Shown piece after piece: positions 1 to 8,894 of a DNA stretch of 22,935 nt (position 1 is the first letter of the stretch; each line of letters opens with the position of its first letter). The translations under genes and the position numbers were made by a program. Below the pieces are notes generated by a model that was not told the DNA's origin, ran no database searches, and was given only the letters and a program-made list of their open reading frames with translations. The DNA is from Methanothrix sp. (GTDB lineage Archaea > Halobacteriota > Methanosarcinia > Methanotrichales > Methanotrichaceae): assembly GCA_040770465.1 (NCBI GenBank), contig JAXGJB010000042.1, positions 1 to 22,935 of the forward strand, written 5' to 3'.

Positions 1-605
1 CCCAGCATCGTCATCGGTATGTTGTGGGGCTCCATGTCCTGGTCGCCAAACCCGATCCTCTTTCCGATGACCAGGGCGAGAGCCAGGGCGCCAAAGCCCG
101 AGCTTATGTGGACGACCGTCCCGCCGGCGAAGTCCAAGGCGCCGAGCTGGCCGGCCCAGCCGCCGCCCCAGGCCCAGTGGGCGAGGGGGTCGTAGACCAG
201 GGTCGTCCAGAGAAGTCCGAATACTATGAACGATCCGATCCTCACCCTCTCAGCCACGGCAGAGGTTATGATCGCAAGGGTGATCCCCGCGAAGACCAGC
301 TGGAAGACCATGAATAGCAGGCCCGGTATCGTCCCATCCCCCGCATCCATCCCGACGCCCCGGAGGCCAAGAAGGTCGAGGCCTCCGATGAAGCCGGCTA
401 TATCCGTCCCGAAGGAGAGGCTGTAGCCGACCAGCACCCACTGGACGCTGACCAGGGCCAGGGCCAGGAAGGAGAGGCCGATCATGGAGACGACGTCCTT
501 CTTCCGGACGAGGCCTCCGTAGAAGAGCCCGACTCCCGGTATCATCAGCATGACCATGGCCGTTGCGACCAGGATAAAGGCCGTATCACCGCTGTCTAAA
601 ACCAT
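1..605 (-). CDS. amt: Ammonium transporter (Amt family), 5' part; runs off the left edge
   Basis: Manual translation from ATG at 605: [36 protein letters not shown]...FQLVFAGIT...AVAER...[13 protein letters not shown]...[14 protein letters not shown]...PHNIP, classic Amt motifs. GGTGGTGA RBS just upstream. Not in the ORF track because it has no stop in the window. Confidence 0.97.
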   Translation of the reverse strand, partial: MVLDSGDTAFILVATAMVMLMIPGVGLFYGGLVRKKDVVSMIGLSFLALALVSVQWVLVGYSLSFGTDIAGFIGGLDLLGLRGVGMDAGDGTIPGLLFMVFQLVFAGITLAIITSAVAERVRIGSFIVFGLLWTTLVYDPLAHWAWGGGWAGQLGALDFAGGTVVHISSGFGALALALVIGKRIGFGDQDMEPHNIPMTML

Positions 606-707
606 AATTCACCACCAATTGACTATTGAATTTTGCAACTCGGATTGACCATCAACGTGATCATCAACGCGTTCGACTAACCGATAGAGCAGAATATGTC
701 TTGGGTA

Positions 708-748
708 TTTATAAAGAGATTTGATACAGTTTCATATGGGTTATGAAA
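708..748 (-). promoter_or_regulatory. Putative amt promoter: TATA box plus upstream palindrome
   Basis: TTTATAAA at 708-715; perfect inverted repeat TTTCATA-N5-TATGAAA at 730-748. Confidence 0.55.
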
Positions 749-1116
749 AGAGCTTACGCGATATGCCCCGATCTTATTCAAGGAGGATCGAGGTTTTCAG
801 CATATCCTTTGGATGGCAGCCTAGAGGGATCACTGGTGAAATCCGTACGTAGGTCCTGGGAATCCTCAGGCCCAGGAGAGAGACTGCAGGAAAGGATCTG
901 CTTCAGATCTGGGCCGAAACCGTTTTGTTGCGGGGCGATGAACTCCAACCAATCAAAGTTTTTCATGAGATCTCATCCAGCCCGAGATCGAACCGGCATG
1001 ATGAGCCTCGGTGGGAGGTCAGGTCTCTTGAGCTTCCAACAACTCGACCTCGACGAAAGAAAATCGGTGTTTGAATAGACGTCCGACCAGATGATATCTC
1101 TCCTTAAGAGCTCATT

Positions 1117-1689
1117 TCAAGGGGATATCTTAACCCTGATCTTCGACAGATCCTCTCTCATCTCCACCTGGCGCCCCATCCTGGAGAATATATCTTCAAG
1201 CTCGGTTTTGATGAACTTCTTAGGAATATCGTATCCCAGGATGAGGGTGAAGTCCGTATCGGAGGTTCTGCTCACCTTGAAGAGGTTGCAGGCTTCCAAC
1301 CTCCGCAAAACCGCCTCCAAATCGTGGTTCTTGTTTATGAACTCCTCGGCGTGAGCCTGAGAGACCTTTTTATGCATCTCCCAGAACTTCTCTTTATCAG
1401 GATGCGACTCGATGAAGTTCAAGAACAGGATCCAGTGGTCCATGTCCAGTATGATATGCTCGCCTTCCGATAGCATCTCCGAGTAGATGTAGATCTTCTC
1501 AACGTCGACGGATTCGAAGAGGGCCTTATGTATGCTATAAAACTTCAGCGCCGTTCTCATCAGCTTGCTCTGGGATATCCCGCCATCCTTCTTCAAATCT
1601 CTGAATATGGCGGCCGATTCGCGGTCGAAGGAGATGGTGACGATGGATTTTTCCGGTCCTCTCTCCAGGGAGCCATCGTTATCGTTCAT
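1117..1689 (-). CDS. Ribbon-helix-helix (CopG/MetJ-like) transcriptional regulator with C-terminal putative ligand-binding domain
   Basis: N-terminal IVTISFDRESAAIFRDLKKDGGISQSKLMRTALKFY fits the RHH beta-alpha-alpha pattern; followed by a ~140-aa domain (GEHIILDMDHW...RRLEACNLF) typical of a methanogen regulator family. Confidence 0.8.
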   Translation of the reverse strand: MNDNDGSLERGPEKSIVTISFDRESAAIFRDLKKDGGISQSKLMRTALKFYSIHKALFESVDVEKIYIYSEMLSEGEHIILDMDHWILFLNFIESHPDKEKFWEMHKKVSQAHAEEFINKNHDLEAVLRRLEACNLFKVSRTSDTDFTLILGYDIPKKFIKTELEDIFSRMGRQVEMREDLSKIRVKISP

Positions 1690-1893
1690 GGCCCATTCCC
1701 TTGATCAAGATAACTCTCGGGATCTCTGAGGAGAAAGGCCGCAGATTCCCCTCGATCCGGCACAGGGCGATTCCATTCGTCTTGCAGCAGGGTGACGAAA
1801 TGGCCGCCCCCGAAATATTCGCTTTACCACATTTCCCCATAACTCTCGTGGCTTTTTTTCTTCTCTCGCTTATATGGAAGTATTTGAGATAAT

Positions 1894-1990
1894 TTAATAC
1901 AAATTAATACAAATTATGAATCATCATATTGATCTGAAATGCTTTAATAAATCTCAATTTTGACATAATATACATCATAATACTTCATAA
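1894..1990. repeat. AT-rich short tandem and inverted repeats upstream of the RHH gene
   Basis: TTAATACAAA x2 (1894-1913); TATGA-N4-TCATA (1915-1928); TACATCATAA/TACTTCATAA tandem (1971-1990). Confidence 0.6.
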
Positions 1991-2562
1991 AGTTCGATAT
2001 TTATCTTATCCGCAGCTGATGTGCAGAATGTGGCAGACACAATCGTCAAGATCTGAGCTTGAAGGGCCAAAACCTCCACCTTTAAAGCTCGATTTAAAAG
2101 CGATCTGGTAAGCGGATACAAGGCTCAGCGAGTGCGTGGCCAGATAAGATCCTTGCAGCGGGCTATATATACTTAAAACTCCATAAACTGCGGATGTTTG
2201 GATGGGCCACCCATCTAAAAATGGGCGTTATATGATATTTTATCGAACAGAACTTTTGAGGACGCTTTTGTCGGTAGAAGTCATCAATTGCCTTCCTCTT
2301 TGGGGTCCTGGTGGCGGAGGCTCAAAGGCGCAAGAACCAGATCAGATCAACATCGAAAATGAGGTGAAGATCAAAAAAGAAGCCCCCTTAGACTGTGCCC
2401 TCTTTCTTCGGCCCGGATCTCGATCATCGCCATCTCCTCGAAGGAAGGGTGCTGAAAGCTGCTAATCCGCACATCAACCAACCTGGGTTCCCCGTCCCGA
2501 TCACCATTCACATCGCGCTCTATCCGAGGACATCCGCTTCTGCCGTCGCTCTAGTTCCGGGA

Positions 2563-2952
2563 TCAGGATAGTGCAAGCCCTCTCAGCTTCCGTATCTTGG
2601 CCATCGCCAACGCATGTTCCCTTTGCTTTTCGTCCTCGATCCGCTTTATGATCTCGCCGAGGGGCGTTTTCAGGGAATATACCGCAGGAGGTCGACCTTT
2701 TCCCCGGATCTCACCCTTCCGCTCGTCGATGAGCTTCTCGCCGCGGAGATCTCGGATCTTCATGCTGACCTCGGACTGGCTCAGGGACGTCCCCACTTCG
2801 ATCTCCCTGGATGTCGCCTCGCCGGCGTTTGCCAGATATGCGATGATCATGGCCTCTGACCTCTGCATGCCCAGGCTCTGTAGGATGAGAGCGAACTCTT
2901 CGCCGTCCTGCATTTCGAACGTTCTCTCCGTCATTTCGACCATCCCGATCAT
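2563..2952 (-). CDS. Winged-helix transcriptional regulator (methanogen TrmB/MarR-like, COG4738-type)
   Basis: LQSLGMQRSEAMIIAYLANAGEATSREIEVGTSLSQSEVS...GKGRPPAVYSL: HTH plus a GRP wing. Exact start uncertain (several Met). Confidence 0.8.
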   Translation of the reverse strand: MIGMVEMTERTFEMQDGEEFALILQSLGMQRSEAMIIAYLANAGEATSREIEVGTSLSQSEVSMKIRDLRGEKLIDERKGEIRGKGRPPAVYSLKTPLGEIIKRIEDEKQREHALAMAKIRKLRGLALS

Positions 2953-2990
2953 GCTTCAAATATGGTGAGGGGGAGCAGAAAGAGCAGGAT

Positions 2991-3313
2991 TCACAATCTA
3001 TCGGCTACAGGCGTCCTCTTAGCCACCGAGCTTCCCCAGTCGTGCTTCTCCTCGCGCTCGATCGAGGATACGGCGCTCTTGAAGACGATCAGCCTCTTGT
3101 TCTGACCCAGATCGAGATGCAGTTCGTAGTTGTTGCGAGCCTCGAGGACGCCCTTGATGGGGCGACCGTCGATCATTCGGATCGTGATTGATCTTTCCAG
3201 AGATCGGGCGAGAACTGGGGCTGTCCGCCTATTCCCGGCTTTGCATGAAGATAGCAGGCGGCGGCAGCTACCTGGTCATCGACACCGAAGGCTATCTCAG
3301 TGTCATTGCTCAT
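2991..3313 (-). pseudogene. Hfq/Sm-like (LSm fold) protein gene, apparently split by a 1-nt frameshift near 3200
   Basis: Frame B reads SITIRMIDGRPIKGVLEARNNYELHLDLGQNKRLIVFKSAVSSIE (Sm1 plus an Hfq-type F-K-x-A-V-S Sm2) but has no start codon upstream of beta1. Frame A starts at ATG 3313 with a GGGAG RBS and TATA box, reads MSNDTE...QPQFSPDL and stops at 3173-3175. Confidence 0.65.
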
Positions 3314-3347
3314 TGCTTGCTCCCTGATGAACTAAACTGTCTTATTG

Positions 3348-3368
3348 ATATATATAATTTTTTACTTC
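3348..3368 (-). promoter_or_regulatory. Archaeal BRE/TATA promoter for the Hfq-like and wHTH genes
   Basis: Minus strand AGAAGTAAAAAA-TTATATATAT, about 35-45 bp upstream of ATG 3313. Confidence 0.65.
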
Positions 3369-3608
3369 TAAAATCTGCCAGAAACTTCGCGATCGATGAG
3401 ATCCGCTCAAGGCTGAGAACAGTGGCCGATATCCGAAGCGGCATCTGACGTATGGTCAGGGTCCTGCCGGCTGCCAACACTCGACCTAGCTTTGATGCCA
3501 GCAACAAAAGAGAAGTCTGCGAAGACTCGGCGCCTTTGCGTTCATATTCCGGGCCTTCGCGGTGGCCTCAAAATCGTCCGCCCTTCTTAGCGAATATCAG
3601 ATAGACTT

Positions 3609-4328
3609 CTACCGCCGTCGGCCTTGTAGAACTCTCCTCACCAAACGATTGACATTATTTTGGCGATTTTCAGCGTCACGTGCTGCCAATTCGAGCAATG
3701 GGACCCCATCAACTTTTAAATTTTCGCCCTTGAAAGAGACATCTAGTAGATATTCCTCGCCATTATCATCGACTGCAAAAAGATGGCAAGCTGGATGGTA
3801 ATCCTCGTCTCCATGCATAACCCAACCACCGCAATTATAGATGCGAAAACGGTCTGGTTGTCCTTCTGCAATTGGAAGCTCCCCCCAGCCACCATGATGT
3901 GTGTCCCCATAAACAAAAGTTATATCGTCACCATTTCCAATATAATTTCTCATGTGTAGGAGGAAGTGATCCATCCATCTTTGGATTGAATCGTCGTCTT
4001 TCTCAATCTTCCAGATCCGATTATCTGCGGATGCCTGCATCAATTCTTTACCCCGTGAGAACAGCTTGCTCACTTCCGTTGGCTCTCGCTTTTGGTGCAT
4101 ATCAAGGGGGATTCCGCTCAATTTGGCACGCAAAATAGTAAGCATATACCAGAAGTTATCCGATTTGGATGTGGGATTGTCTTTAGAACTTCTCCACAAC
4201 GTGTCTACAAATGGAGCCACTATTTTCTCAAGTTCTTCAAGATCTCCGGCTTTGGTCACATCGCAATCAGATTCGATCTCAATTCCACCCAGAAAACGGT
4301 CGAGCTCCAGGTAATCCGCAATTTTCTT
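3609..4328 (-). pseudogene. C-terminal remnant of a calcineurin-like metallophosphoesterase, 5'-truncated by ISL3
   Basis: Late MPP motifs FVYGDTHH (GHTH-like) and IYNCGGWV (NxG-W) are present; the N-terminal DxH/GDxxD/GNHD motifs are absent. The ORF abuts the ISL3 end at 4329. Low GC. Confidence 0.6.
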
Positions 4329-5629
4329 GGCTCCTCGCTGTTTCATGTGGGTAGGTTGAACTTGAGTTTTCCTAATCTTAGATATATAGTTATGACGAAA
4401 TTCTTTGTTGTTCTGAATCCTCTCGCGTCGTCTTTTGCCGATTGAATGAGGCTATTTATTCCCTCTAAGATTCCATTATCTATCCTTGTATTTATATAGT
4501 TCAGAACTCCTTTCCAATGCCCCTTGATCGCTTTTGCGGTATCAATAACCGGGTTTAACCTGCTGTGTGTCGCCCAGAAGTACCATCGTTTCAGATAATC
4601 TTCGGCCAATAACGGGTCTTTGAAGTTCCAGAAATCTCGTAAGCTCAATTTGATGTTGTAAGCTCTCAAGGTTTTTAACCTCATATCTCTTAGAGACCCC
4701 AATTCATATCTCTGTTTTTTCGTGAGTTTCTCAGGATTTTTTAGCCAGATATATCTTGTATGCTTCAAGTTGCTGTTATGGGATTGCTCTTCACGTCTCA
4801 CTTGATCCACTGCTTGGTTCATCAGCTTCATAACATGGAACTTATCGAATGTTATTGATGTTTCTGGGAAGTTCCTAGTGACTCCAGATATGAATGCGGG
4901 GGACATATCACAGCAGAAATTACGTACATTTTTAAAAGAGCCATTATGATCCTCAAGGTCATCTCTAAACGACTCAATTGCCGAAGCATCTTTTCCTTCA
5001 CATACATATAAAACTTTAGATTTATCCAAATCTACGAAAACTGATACGTATTTGTGACCTTTTGCTCTTGATGTCTCATCAACACCTACTGATTCAACCT
5101 CTGAGAAATCCTCTTCCGATCTTGCTTTTAGTACGTAGTGCTCCAGGACTCGCCATATCCGGGTATCGCATTCTTCGATCAGGTCCGCAACAGATTTAAC
5201 GGGCATATGCTGAGCCATTAAGATTATCAAGGAATCCATGAGGAGGGAAAAACCGCTACCCTTCCTTGCCCAAGGCACCTTGACAAGTTTGACTCCGCAG
5301 GTTTCACATTTCGTTCTGGGAACGCGACAATGAAGGTAGGTTTTAAACTGGAAGAAATTTAGATGACGCCAAGTCCTATCGATTGTATCATGAACATCGC
5401 ATTCAGAGTTGCCGCATCTAGGACATGGAAATTTGCCACCACGTTCGAAATCTATGTAGATGTCGAGTCGCTTCCCTTCCACGTCGAAGTCGATTGAGTC
5501 GATTAACCAGGGAGGCTGTAGGTTCAGTGCCTGCTTGAAAAGATCCTCTTGTGAGATTGACATGCTTTTTATTCGATAGCATGAGATGATAAATGGCTAT
5601 CTATTACCCACACGGAATAGCGAAGAGCC
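4329..5629 (-). mobile_element. ISL3-family insertion sequence, full length (1301 bp)
   Basis: Imperfect ~26-bp terminal inverted repeats: GGCTCCTCGCTGTTTCATGTGGGTAG (from 4329) and GGCTCTTCGCTATTCCGTGTGGGTAA (reverse complement, ending 5629). Flanks ATTTTCTT and AATAAATA do not match, so there is no target duplication. Confidence 0.95.
4343..5563 (-). CDS. ISL3-family transposase
   Basis: Zinc finger CPRCG...CETCG, WRHLNFFQ, VGVDETS, CDMSPAF, FDKFHV, NGILEGINSLIQ, ARGFRT; intact 406 aa. Confidence 0.97.
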   Translation of the reverse strand: MSISQEDLFKQALNLQPPWLIDSIDFDVEGKRLDIYIDFERGGKFPCPRCGNSECDVHDTIDRTWRHLNFFQFKTYLHCRVPRTKCETCGVKLVKVPWARKGSGFSLLMDSLIILMAQHMPVKSVADLIEECDTRIWRVLEHYVLKARSEEDFSEVESVGVDETSRAKGHKYVSVFVDLDKSKVLYVCEGKDASAIESFRDDLEDHNGSFKNVRNFCCDMSPAFISGVTRNFPETSITFDKFHVMKLMNQAVDQVRREEQSHNSNLKHTRYIWLKNPEKLTKKQRYELGSLRDMRLKTLRAYNIKLSLRDFWNFKDPLLAEDYLKRWYFWATHSRLNPVIDTAKAIKGHWKGVLNYINTRIDNGILEGINSLIQSAKDDARGFRTTKNFVITIYLRLGKLKFNLPT

Positions 5630-5761
5630 AATAAATAGCCTCATTCAATCAGCAAAAGACGACGCAAGAGGATTCAGGACGACAAAGAATTTTGTTATAA
5701 CTATATATCTTAGATTAGGAAAACTCAAGTTCAATCTACCCACATAAAACAGCGAGGAGCC
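5630..5761 (+). mobile_element. 3' remnant (transposase C-terminus plus right IR) of a second ISL3 isoform, opposite orientation
   Basis: Encodes INSLIQSAKDDARGFRTTKNFVITIYLRLGKLKFNLPT* and ends in ...CAGCGAGGAGCC. 132 bp matching the reverse complement of 4329-4460 with 9 differences by manual alignment. Confidence 0.92.
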
Positions 5762-5766
5762 TTACA

Positions 5767-5972
5767 GGCTCCTCGCTGATTTGTGTGGGTAAATTTAAGG
5801 GGCCGCAAATCCGATGGTCAGGTCATCACGACGTCATGATCGCCTGAAATCATACTCTTCATGAGATATATCGCTGCCTACCGCCCTATTGGCAGGACTC
5901 ATGACAGGCATTTGCATGATTGAGTCCGATTATCGCTATCCCGAAGTTACCCACACGGAATAGCGAAGAGCC
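5767..5972. mobile_element. Non-autonomous ISL3-derived MITE (206 bp)
   Basis: Starts GGCTCCTCGCTGATTTGTGTGGGTAA and ends TTACCCACACGGAATAGCGAAGAGCC (identical to the end of the full ISL3 at 5604-5629). No coding content; flanked by CTTACA (left) and ATCTTACA (right). Confidence 0.88.
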
Positions 5973-6081
5973 ATCTTACATTACTGCTCAACCATTGATA
6001 AAACTTACCAAAACAAATTCGCATATCTCCTCAAATGGGCCAAAGGATTGGGAGAAGACATAAAACGCGCCGATACGTTAA

Positions 6082-6672
6082 ATGATGAGAAAGCAGAACA
6101 TAATGGCCATGCCCCAGAATCCCACAAAACCCAACCCCGACCCCGAATCCCCCGGCCTCGCCAACCTCCTCACCGAGCGCGAGAGAAACCAGCTCCTGGC
6201 AAACCTCCACCGTACCCTGGTCTGGGTGGGGGTCCAGGACCCCGACAAGTTCGAGATCGACCCCGACCTTTTGAGAGAGGAGATGGAAAAAATCCAGATC
6301 AAGCCGAGCGACCTCCCGCCCGAAGTCCACCCGGCGAAAGGGGTCATCGACCTCCGCCACCTGATCTGGAGGCTGATCCATGAGCGGGACCTGACCGAGA
6401 AGGAGGAGACTGAGATAAAAGAGCTGATCCGGCTCCTGAAGGCGAAGGAGACCCGCGACGAGGAGAGGCTGAAAGAAGCCCGGCTGACCCGCGAGGAGGC
6501 CCACCGGCTCTTCGAGGAGACCGCCGCCGTCATCAGGACCCTGATGGACCTAAAGGAGATCCTGGAGAGGAAGGAGCACAAGACCGACGTGGGCCGGGAG
6601 GTGGTGAAGAAGAAGGTGAACGACGTCAAGAGGTGGAACTCCTTCGTCGACGAGATGGAAGGCAAAACGTGA
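6082..6672 (+). CDS. Conserved archaeal helical protein, DUF5788-like
   Basis: ERNQLLANLHRTLVWVG...IDLRHLIW...LTREEAHRLFE...IRTLMDL...DVKRWNSFV resembles DUF5788; host-like codon usage. True start may be at 6103 or 6109. Confidence 0.7.
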   Translation: MMRKQNIMAMPQNPTKPNPDPESPGLANLLTERERNQLLANLHRTLVWVGVQDPDKFEIDPDLLREEMEKIQIKPSDLPPEVHPAKGVIDLRHLIWRLIHERDLTEKEETEIKELIRLLKAKETRDEERLKEARLTREEAHRLFEETAAVIRTLMDLKEILERKEHKTDVGREVVKKKVNDVKRWNSFVDEMEGKT

Positions 6673-6744
6673 GATGAGAAGGTGGAGGGTGAAGGGTGGA
6701 GTTGGACCACCGGGGTCCGGGGGCGGGCCGGAAGAGCTGGATGA

Positions 6745-7362
6745 CTAGAAGAAGCGCATCAGCTCCTCGGCGATGATTTTATACCCCAACTCGTTCGGGT
6801 GGTCGAGGCCCGGAAGGATCAGGGATTCGAGGGGGACGCCATCGGCGACCCGCCTCATCCAGACTCCGCAGACGTCGACAAACCCCACCCCCATCTCCTC
6901 GGCGACGTCTTCGAGGACCTGGTAGTAGCTGAGGACGATTTTATCGAACCTGGGCGTGGTCAGGGGCTCGGAGCTGAGGAAGAGAAGCTCGCTCTTCGAC
7001 CCCTCGATGATCCTCTCGGCGATCTCGATCAGGTTGCTCTTGAACTCGCCGAGCCGGACCCCCATATACATGTCGTTTATACCAAAGTTGACGGTGACGA
7101 GATCCGGGGCGTGGGCGACGACCGACCAGTCGAGCCTAGCAAGGCCGTCGAAGCTGGTGTCTCCGCATACCCCCTCGTTGATCATGGTGACATCGGCCTT
7201 GGGGTACTTTTCTTTCAGCATCCCCATCCAGAAGTGATCGAATCCCTTCCGGACGGCAAACCCCGCCGATATGGAGTCGCCGAAGACGACGATTCTGACC
7301 TGCTCCCCCGCCTCCAGGAGGGATACGGTCCGCCTGGTGAAGACGCTGCTTCCGTCGCTCAT
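6745..7362 (-). CDS. SGNH/GDSL-family hydrolase
   Basis: Block I VVFGDSIS, block II NEGVCGDTS, block III NFGIND, block V DHPNELGY. Confidence 0.92.
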   Translation of the reverse strand: MSDGSSVFTRRTVSLLEAGEQVRIVVFGDSISAGFAVRKGFDHFWMGMLKEKYPKADVTMINEGVCGDTSFDGLARLDWSVVAHAPDLVTVNFGINDMYMGVRLGEFKSNLIEIAERIIEGSKSELLFLSSEPLTTPRFDKIVLSYYQVLEDVAEEMGVGFVDVCGVWMRRVADGVPLESLILPGLDHPNELGYKIIAEELMRFF

Positions 7363-7372
7363 CTCTCTCTTC

Positions 7373-7618
7373 TCACCGTGAAAGATCCTCGGGGAGCTCC
7401 CCGGTCAGGATCTCTATCTTCTGCTCCGCCCCGTCCAGGAGGGCGTTGCACCTCCGCACAAGGGAGACGCCCCGCTCGAAGGCCTTCAGGCTCTCCTCGA
7501 GGGTCAGGTCCCCCTCTTCGAGCTGCCGGACGATCCCCTCAAGCTCCTCAAGGGACCCCTCCAGGCTCAGATCATCCGACCTCTCATCCTTCGATCCCGC
7601 ATCCTTCGAATCCGCCAT
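7373..7618 (-). CDS. xseB: Exodeoxyribonuclease VII small subunit
   Basis: [51 protein letters not shown]. Start moved to ATG 7618 (MADSK), which is preceded by GGAGGTGA. Confidence 0.95.
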   Translation of the reverse strand: MADSKDAGSKDERSDDLSLEGSLEELEGIVRQLEEGDLTLEESLKAFERGVSLVRRCNALLDGAEQKIEILTGELPEDLSR

Positions 7619-7632
7619 CTCCGTCACCTCCG

Positions 7633-8838
7633 TCAAAACCCGTTGCATCGATCCGCCCTCTCTCCAACCGACCGGCAGAGTAGCCTCCCGTCGACGAAGA
7701 CCAGCTCAAATAGCTCGCCCGAGGCCAGATCCGAGGCGCGCCTCGCTAAGCCTCGATCGCTGAGGGCGATGCAGTATCCCCTCCTGAGGGTCGAGAGGGG
7801 GCTGAGGGAATCGAGCTTTCCTGCTGCCAGATCCAGCCTTCCGGCGAGCTGATCGACCAACCGGTCCTCCGCCGACGCGAGCCGGTCGAGGGCCCGATCG
7901 ACGTTCTGCCTCTTCTCTGATACGATCCCCCGCATCCTCCTCCCCGATAGGAGCCTCTCGAGGTCGACGAACCTCTCCCGTCTCCGCTCCAGGCTCACCG
8001 AGAGGGACCGGACCATCCTCGCCTCGATCCCTCCCAGATTCTCCCTCAGCCCCTCGACGTCAGGGCGGACCATCTCCGCCGCCGCCGATGGGGTCGGAGC
8101 CCTAAGGTCTGCGACGAAGTCGGCTATGGTAACGTCCGTCTCGTGGCCGACGGCCGAGATTATGGGAGGGGTGGACTGAGAGATCGCCCTCGCCACCTGC
8201 TCCGAGTTGAAGGGCGAGAGGTCTTCGGCCGAGCCTCCGCCCCTCCCCACGATTATGACGTCGGCGGTCCCCTGGAGGGCGGATATGGCCGCTGCGATGG
8301 ACGCCGGAGCCGACTCCCCCTGGACCTGCGCGGGGGATATGACGATTTTGGCGGGGCAGGACCCGATAACCCTAAGAACGTCCCTCAAAGCCGCGCCGTC
8401 GGCGGAAGTGACGACCCCGATGCAGGCCGGATAGGCGGGGATCGGCCTCTTTCTCTCGGAGTCGAAGAGCCCTTCGGCCGCGAGCCTCTCCTTTAAGAGC
8501 TCCAGCTCCAGGTGCTTCTCGCCGAGGCCGGAATCCCTCCTTGCGACCTTCACCAGGATCTGGACCTGACCACGAGGTCGGTAGAACTCCACGTCGCCGA
8601 ATACGAGGACGTTTTGCCCGTTCTCAAGCTCGAAGTCGAGACCGCCGCTGTTGCCGCGGAACAGGACGCAGGAGATCTGGGCATCTCCGTCCTTGAGGGT
8701 GAAGTACCGGTGGCCCGATCGGTGGTTGACGACGTTTGAAAGCTCCCCCCGAGCCCAAAGGTCGCAGAGCCGGTGGTCTGATGTGATCCTCTCCCTGATC
8801 CGCGAGTTCAGCTCGCTGACGTTGAATATTCGGTCCAA
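7633..8838 (-). CDS. xseA: Exodeoxyribonuclease VII large subunit
   Basis: OB fold ([17 protein letters not shown]), [54 protein letters not shown]; TTG start. Confidence 0.96.
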   Translation of the reverse strand: MDRIFNVSELNSRIRERITSDHRLCDLWARGELSNVVNHRSGHRYFTLKDGDAQISCVLFRGNSGGLDFELENGQNVLVFGDVEFYRPRGQVQILVKVARRDSGLGEKHLELELLKERLAAEGLFDSERKRPIPAYPACIGVVTSADGAALRDVLRVIGSCPAKIVISPAQVQGESAPASIAAAISALQGTADVIIVGRGGGSAEDLSPFNSEQVARAISQSTPPIISAVGHETDVTIADFVADLRAPTPSAAAEMVRPDVEGLRENLGGIEARMVRSLSVSLERRRERFVDLERLLSGRRMRGIVSEKRQNVDRALDRLASAEDRLVDQLAGRLDLAAGKLDSLSPLSTLRRGYCIALSDRGLARRASDLASGELFELVFVDGRLLCRSVGERADRCNGF

Positions 8839-8859
8839 TGGCCAACGAGAGGGACTGCA

Positions 8860-8872
8860 CCATATTTAAGGG
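8860..8872. promoter_or_regulatory. Candidate shared bidirectional TATA element between xseA and sfsA
   Basis: A single AT patch CATATTTAAG lies centrally in the 56-bp divergent gap, about 25-30 bp from each start. Confidence 0.45.
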
Positions 8873-8894
8873 CTCTCGGCATAGGGCGAAAATA

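Noticed and set aside
24-441. Short ORFs at 24-317, 226-426 and 250-441
   Set aside because: Shadow frames of the amt gene.
743-1078. ORFs 743-1078 (+) and 778-966 (-)
   Set aside because: No recognisable motif or clear RBS; cannot be supported as genes.
2202-2465. 87-aa ORF after the TATA at 2164
   Set aside because: No family resemblance, and its start lies inside a hairpin.
6799-7683. 294-aa plus-strand ORF
   Set aside because: Antisense shadow of the SGNH and xseB genes in GC-rich DNA.
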